Below are positions 61,201 through 64,000 of a DNA stretch of 64,000 bases, one piece after another. The position numbers and the translations under genes were made by a program. Below the pieces are notes generated by a model. That model did not search any database, was not told where the DNA came from, and saw nothing but the letters and a program-made list of their open reading frames with translations. How positions within the stretch are numbered: position 1 is the first letter of the stretch; each line of letters begins with the position of its first letter. Origin of the DNA: Strigamia acuminata (Eukaryota); the NCBI GenBank assembly GCA_949358305.1, contig OX442314.1, forward strand, positions 10,850,001 through 10,914,000. The letters are read 5' to 3'.

Positions 61201-61840
61201 CTTCCCAAACTCTTGTCTTGGTAGAGCTTTACCAGATTGTCCCACGCTCCTTTTGCCGTTGTGAAACGTCTCACTTCTTGGTAGATGTGTTCTCGTACGC
61301 CCAGCGCGATGGTTGCCAATGCAAGGCGACTTTTATTTTCATCATCCTTGGTTTCAGTCACATACTCCCACAGCCCTTCTCTCACTAGCTGCATCTCCAT
61401 TGCAAACTTCCAGTTGTTGAAGTTTGAAATTCCCTCCAACTTTTTGATTTGATTCAGATGCGTTGAGTGGTGCCCATTGTTAGTCGATTCCGCCATTTTT
61501 AGTCCACAAAAAATGATTACCGCGTGGCAAACACGAATATTTCCGCAATTAATTTGATTGTTCAAATTCTGAATTTCCTCAGATCAAACCTGGCTACAAA
61601 GTTCGAAACAGATGATTTTGCACAGTTTACAGCATCCCTGGACCCATAACCTGATGAGATTCTTTGAGATTGTGTAGGAGCGAAAGGATTGAGTGGCTAC
61701 GCGTGGTGATGGTCAAAACGGAAGTGCCCGTGTACAATTTTATTTGCATAAACTACCGTAGGCGCCAGGTGGCGCTACAAAACATGTGGTGACACAGAAT
61801 ATCTCAATAATAACACCATGGGGATATATTCGAATATAAC

Positions 61841-62249
61841 GAAGTCGGGTCATTTCCTCGAATCCCGTTTCATCGAATGGCAGTTTTTTTCGATGAAACG
61901 TACCATTTTGTCAAAAATTTCGATGAAACGGTACAGTAAAAAAAATCCAAAAACCAAAAACCTAACCTAACCTGACCTGACCTAACGGGACCTAACCTGA
62001 CCTGACCTGACCTGACCTAACCTGACCTAACCTAACCTGATCTAACCTAACACAACCTAACACAACCTAACACAACCTAACCTAGCCACATAGCCACGCA
62101 AATAACATCCCCGATGATGGCCGAAAATTCGATGAAACGTACCGAGTGGAATTTAGAATTCGATGAAACGACCCCCGTTTTCGCACATTTCAAAAAACGC
62201 AAAAAAAGAGAATTCGATGAAACGGGATTCGAGGAAATGACCCGACCCG
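61841..62249. mobile_element. MITE with a 9-bp TSD (Mutator-like) carrying a CCTAA/CCTGA array
   Basis: TIRs GTCGGGTCATTTCCTCGAATCCCGTTTCATCGAAT; TSD GAATATAAC; pentamer array at ~61960-62084. Confidence 0.8.
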
Positions 62250-62454
62250 GAATATAACACCATGGGGATATATTCGAATATAGCACCATGGTGCTGTATT
62301 CGAAGTGGTGTTGTATTCAAATTTTTCAACAATGCTTCACAACTTACAGTTTTCAAAGAAACTCGAATTCAACACCATGGTGTTATTTTCGGGTGAAGAC
62401 GGTAGGCGGGAGTAGTGCATCTGACCACTGCTTTTCTATATATTTGAAACTACT

Positions 62455-62660
62455 TGTAGCTGTGCCCGGCCACGCGTTGCTGTGACTACGAAATAAATCC
62501 CATGGCATTAAATCTCGTGGAAATAAATCCCGTGGAATCGTGTATTGCATTTATGCCCAATAGATGGCGCTGTTATTACAAAAAAAAGCATGTTTTTATC
62601 TGTCACAAGTGTGATATCCACATAAAGGTTGCCTCGGCTTTGTGTATCAACGAGTCACTG
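62455..62660. mobile_element. Possible Helitron-like non-autonomous fragment
   Basis: TAGCTGTGCCCGGCCACGCGTTGCTGTG start and short AAATAAATCCC repeats; absent from paralogous flanks. Confidence 0.3.
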
Positions 62661-62873
62661 TTTTGTTAATTTGCTGGAATTAAGAACCATGGGACATGCC
62701 TCTCATCAAATTTTATGTTTATTGTCCACACATTAGTAAATGTGTTTCACTTACAATTTAAAAAATTAATGCTAATTATTTCACAAACTTTTAGCTTTAG
62801 AAACGAGAAGCAAACTGGTAAATTTAGTTGAAGCTTAGTTGAAACACAGTTTGAACCACACAAATATGTATGT

Positions 62874-63870
62874 TTAATCCAGATAAGTATCCATGATATC
62901 TGTCATTTCTTCTCCACTATAATCACTCGACGTCAACATCGTCTGGAGCAGATCTGGCACAACACAGTCTAGCATCAAACAACAGAACGGGAAGCACCTG
63001 ATGCAATAAATCACAACGTGAGAGCTAATAAAAGAAAAATTCATAAACTTTTCCATTATCGACTTATCACGACACGTGAAATAGTCGGCACACACTCTGT
63101 GAGCGAGACAACAGCAAAATTCATTAAAAACAACCATTTTATTGTCCAGTGAAATATCCCTTCGAGTTATACGTTCTAAAAAAATCTCCATCCAGCTTGC
63201 CAGCTTCGCACGTATCGATAATTTCAGACATTTTGAAAAAACTGATCGAAGCCGTCCGTATTTTGTCACGTGCACTCACGTCGTTGAACAACGCAATCTT
63301 CTCGAAGTCCTGCTGGAAATAAAACGCCAACGTCGACAAACTTTCTTTCAAGTCCGACACAACCACGTCACTCATTCCCTCGGATGCAGTTTCGGGAAGC
63401 CATTTTCGAAATCTGTCGATAAACTCGGATTCCCTCGACGGAGCGGTCAAGTGATCAATGAGAATCGATTTCTTAACTTTGCTCATTTCACTCGCATTCG
63501 AAAAAGAAAAACTCAAATATCTCTCGAGTTTCGCCCACTTATTCTCATCGGCTTCGACGTCGAGCAACTTGCGACCGATGTGGTACGCAAAGTACGAACA
63601 ATGCATTTTAAAAGTCGACATTTCTTCCGTCGTCGTTATGTATTCCTTCGCAATCAACTCCATAAAATCCCAGTGGAAACATTTGGACAAAATCCTTTTT
63701 CTGTTTTCTATCCCCGCAAAGTTGAGCAATAAATGGAGGTTATCATACATACCGTACTGCATCGAATAAACGCCGGGGCGTTTATTAATTTTTCCAATCA
63801 AGTCCCGGCGTTAATTCGAGGCAGTACGGTATTACATACAACTCGCAAATCCTCCTGGCATTTACCAAAC
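62874..63870 (-). pseudogene. Type D paralog pseudogene (3' half, frameshift near 63180, internal deletions, MITE insertion)
   Basis: ORFs 62874..63275 and 63139..63801 align with the family C-terminal half. Confidence 0.8.
63752..63829. mobile_element. 78-bp mini-MITE (pogo-like)
   Basis: TIRs CCGTACTGC(A/C)TCGAAT(A/T)AACGCCGGG with TA on both sides, inside the type D pseudogene. Confidence 0.8.
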
Positions 63871-64000
63871 TTGCTGAGCATTGAAATAAATAAATATACG
63901 GTACTTTTCAAGCACTTCTACTTCCACATTGCCGTCAATCTGAACAGCGATATAATATTTGACATTATTTTAAATTTTATCAATTTTTATCAATTTATTA

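Larger units (their letters stand above)
52803..61496 (-). pseudogene. Copia gag-pol, broken by a stop at 60090, a frameshift near 59930 and the Gypsy insertion
   Basis: Pieces: 60090..61496 (gag, CCHC, DSGAS), 59889..60077 and 58256..59950 (integrase, RT YVDD), 52803..53600 (RNase H YTDAD). Confidence 0.92.
52567..61809 (-). mobile_element. Second Ty1/Copia element (defective), interrupted by Gypsy
   Basis: Identical 158-bp LTRs at 52567..52724 and 61652..61809; TSD ATAAC; PBS GGTTATGGGTCC and PPT AGTGGGAG on the minus strand. Confidence 0.95.
52315..62402. mobile_element. pogo/Tc1-mariner-like non-autonomous element hosting nested insertions
   Basis: TIRs CCGTCTT(AC/CA)CCCGAAAATAA(G/C)ACCATGGTGTTG with a TA duplication; empty site gcta|ggcgtgag in paralogs; internal ~27-bp repeats ACCATGG..TATTCGAATATA. 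Confidence 0.85.

Noticed and set aside
61960..62084. True telomere or chromosome fusion site
   Set aside because: The array is short, degenerate and enclosed by TIRs and a TSD.
61810..62400. ~27-bp repeats ACCATGG..TATTCGAATATA resembling a CRISPR array
   Set aside because: No unique spacers and no cas genes; they are subterminal repeats of a eukaryotic MITE.

Overview
This is AT-rich eukaryotic DNA, probably from an invertebrate such as an arthropod (inferred from the transposon types and CCTAA repeats); it is not a prokaryotic locus. The window is a tandem, minus-strand array of one uncharacterised intronless gene family encoding ~680-730 aa proteins. There are 7 intact ORFs, one copy knocked out by a Copia element, one destroyed by an internal inversion plus deletion, and several 5' or 3' fragments. 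The proteins begin with a BC-box/cullin-box-like motif (LPSLKHI..L..LLW...IPNELKLML) and carry a repeated helical module in the C-terminal half, which suggests an expanded family of cullin-RING E3 substrate adaptors (inference). The apparent spacers between genes repeatedly carry the 3' end of an MPEG1/perforin-2-like gene (P2 domain) on the + strand; its reading frame is restored across a BEL/Pao insertion. About 13.3-33.0 kb is duplicated almost identically at about 36.8-51.8 kb. Mobile elements are two copies of a BEL/Pao element, one intact Copia, a nest of MITE > Copia > Gypsy with a CCTAA-containing MITE alongside, several Tc1/mariner-pogo-like MITEs, and an LTR at the left edge.
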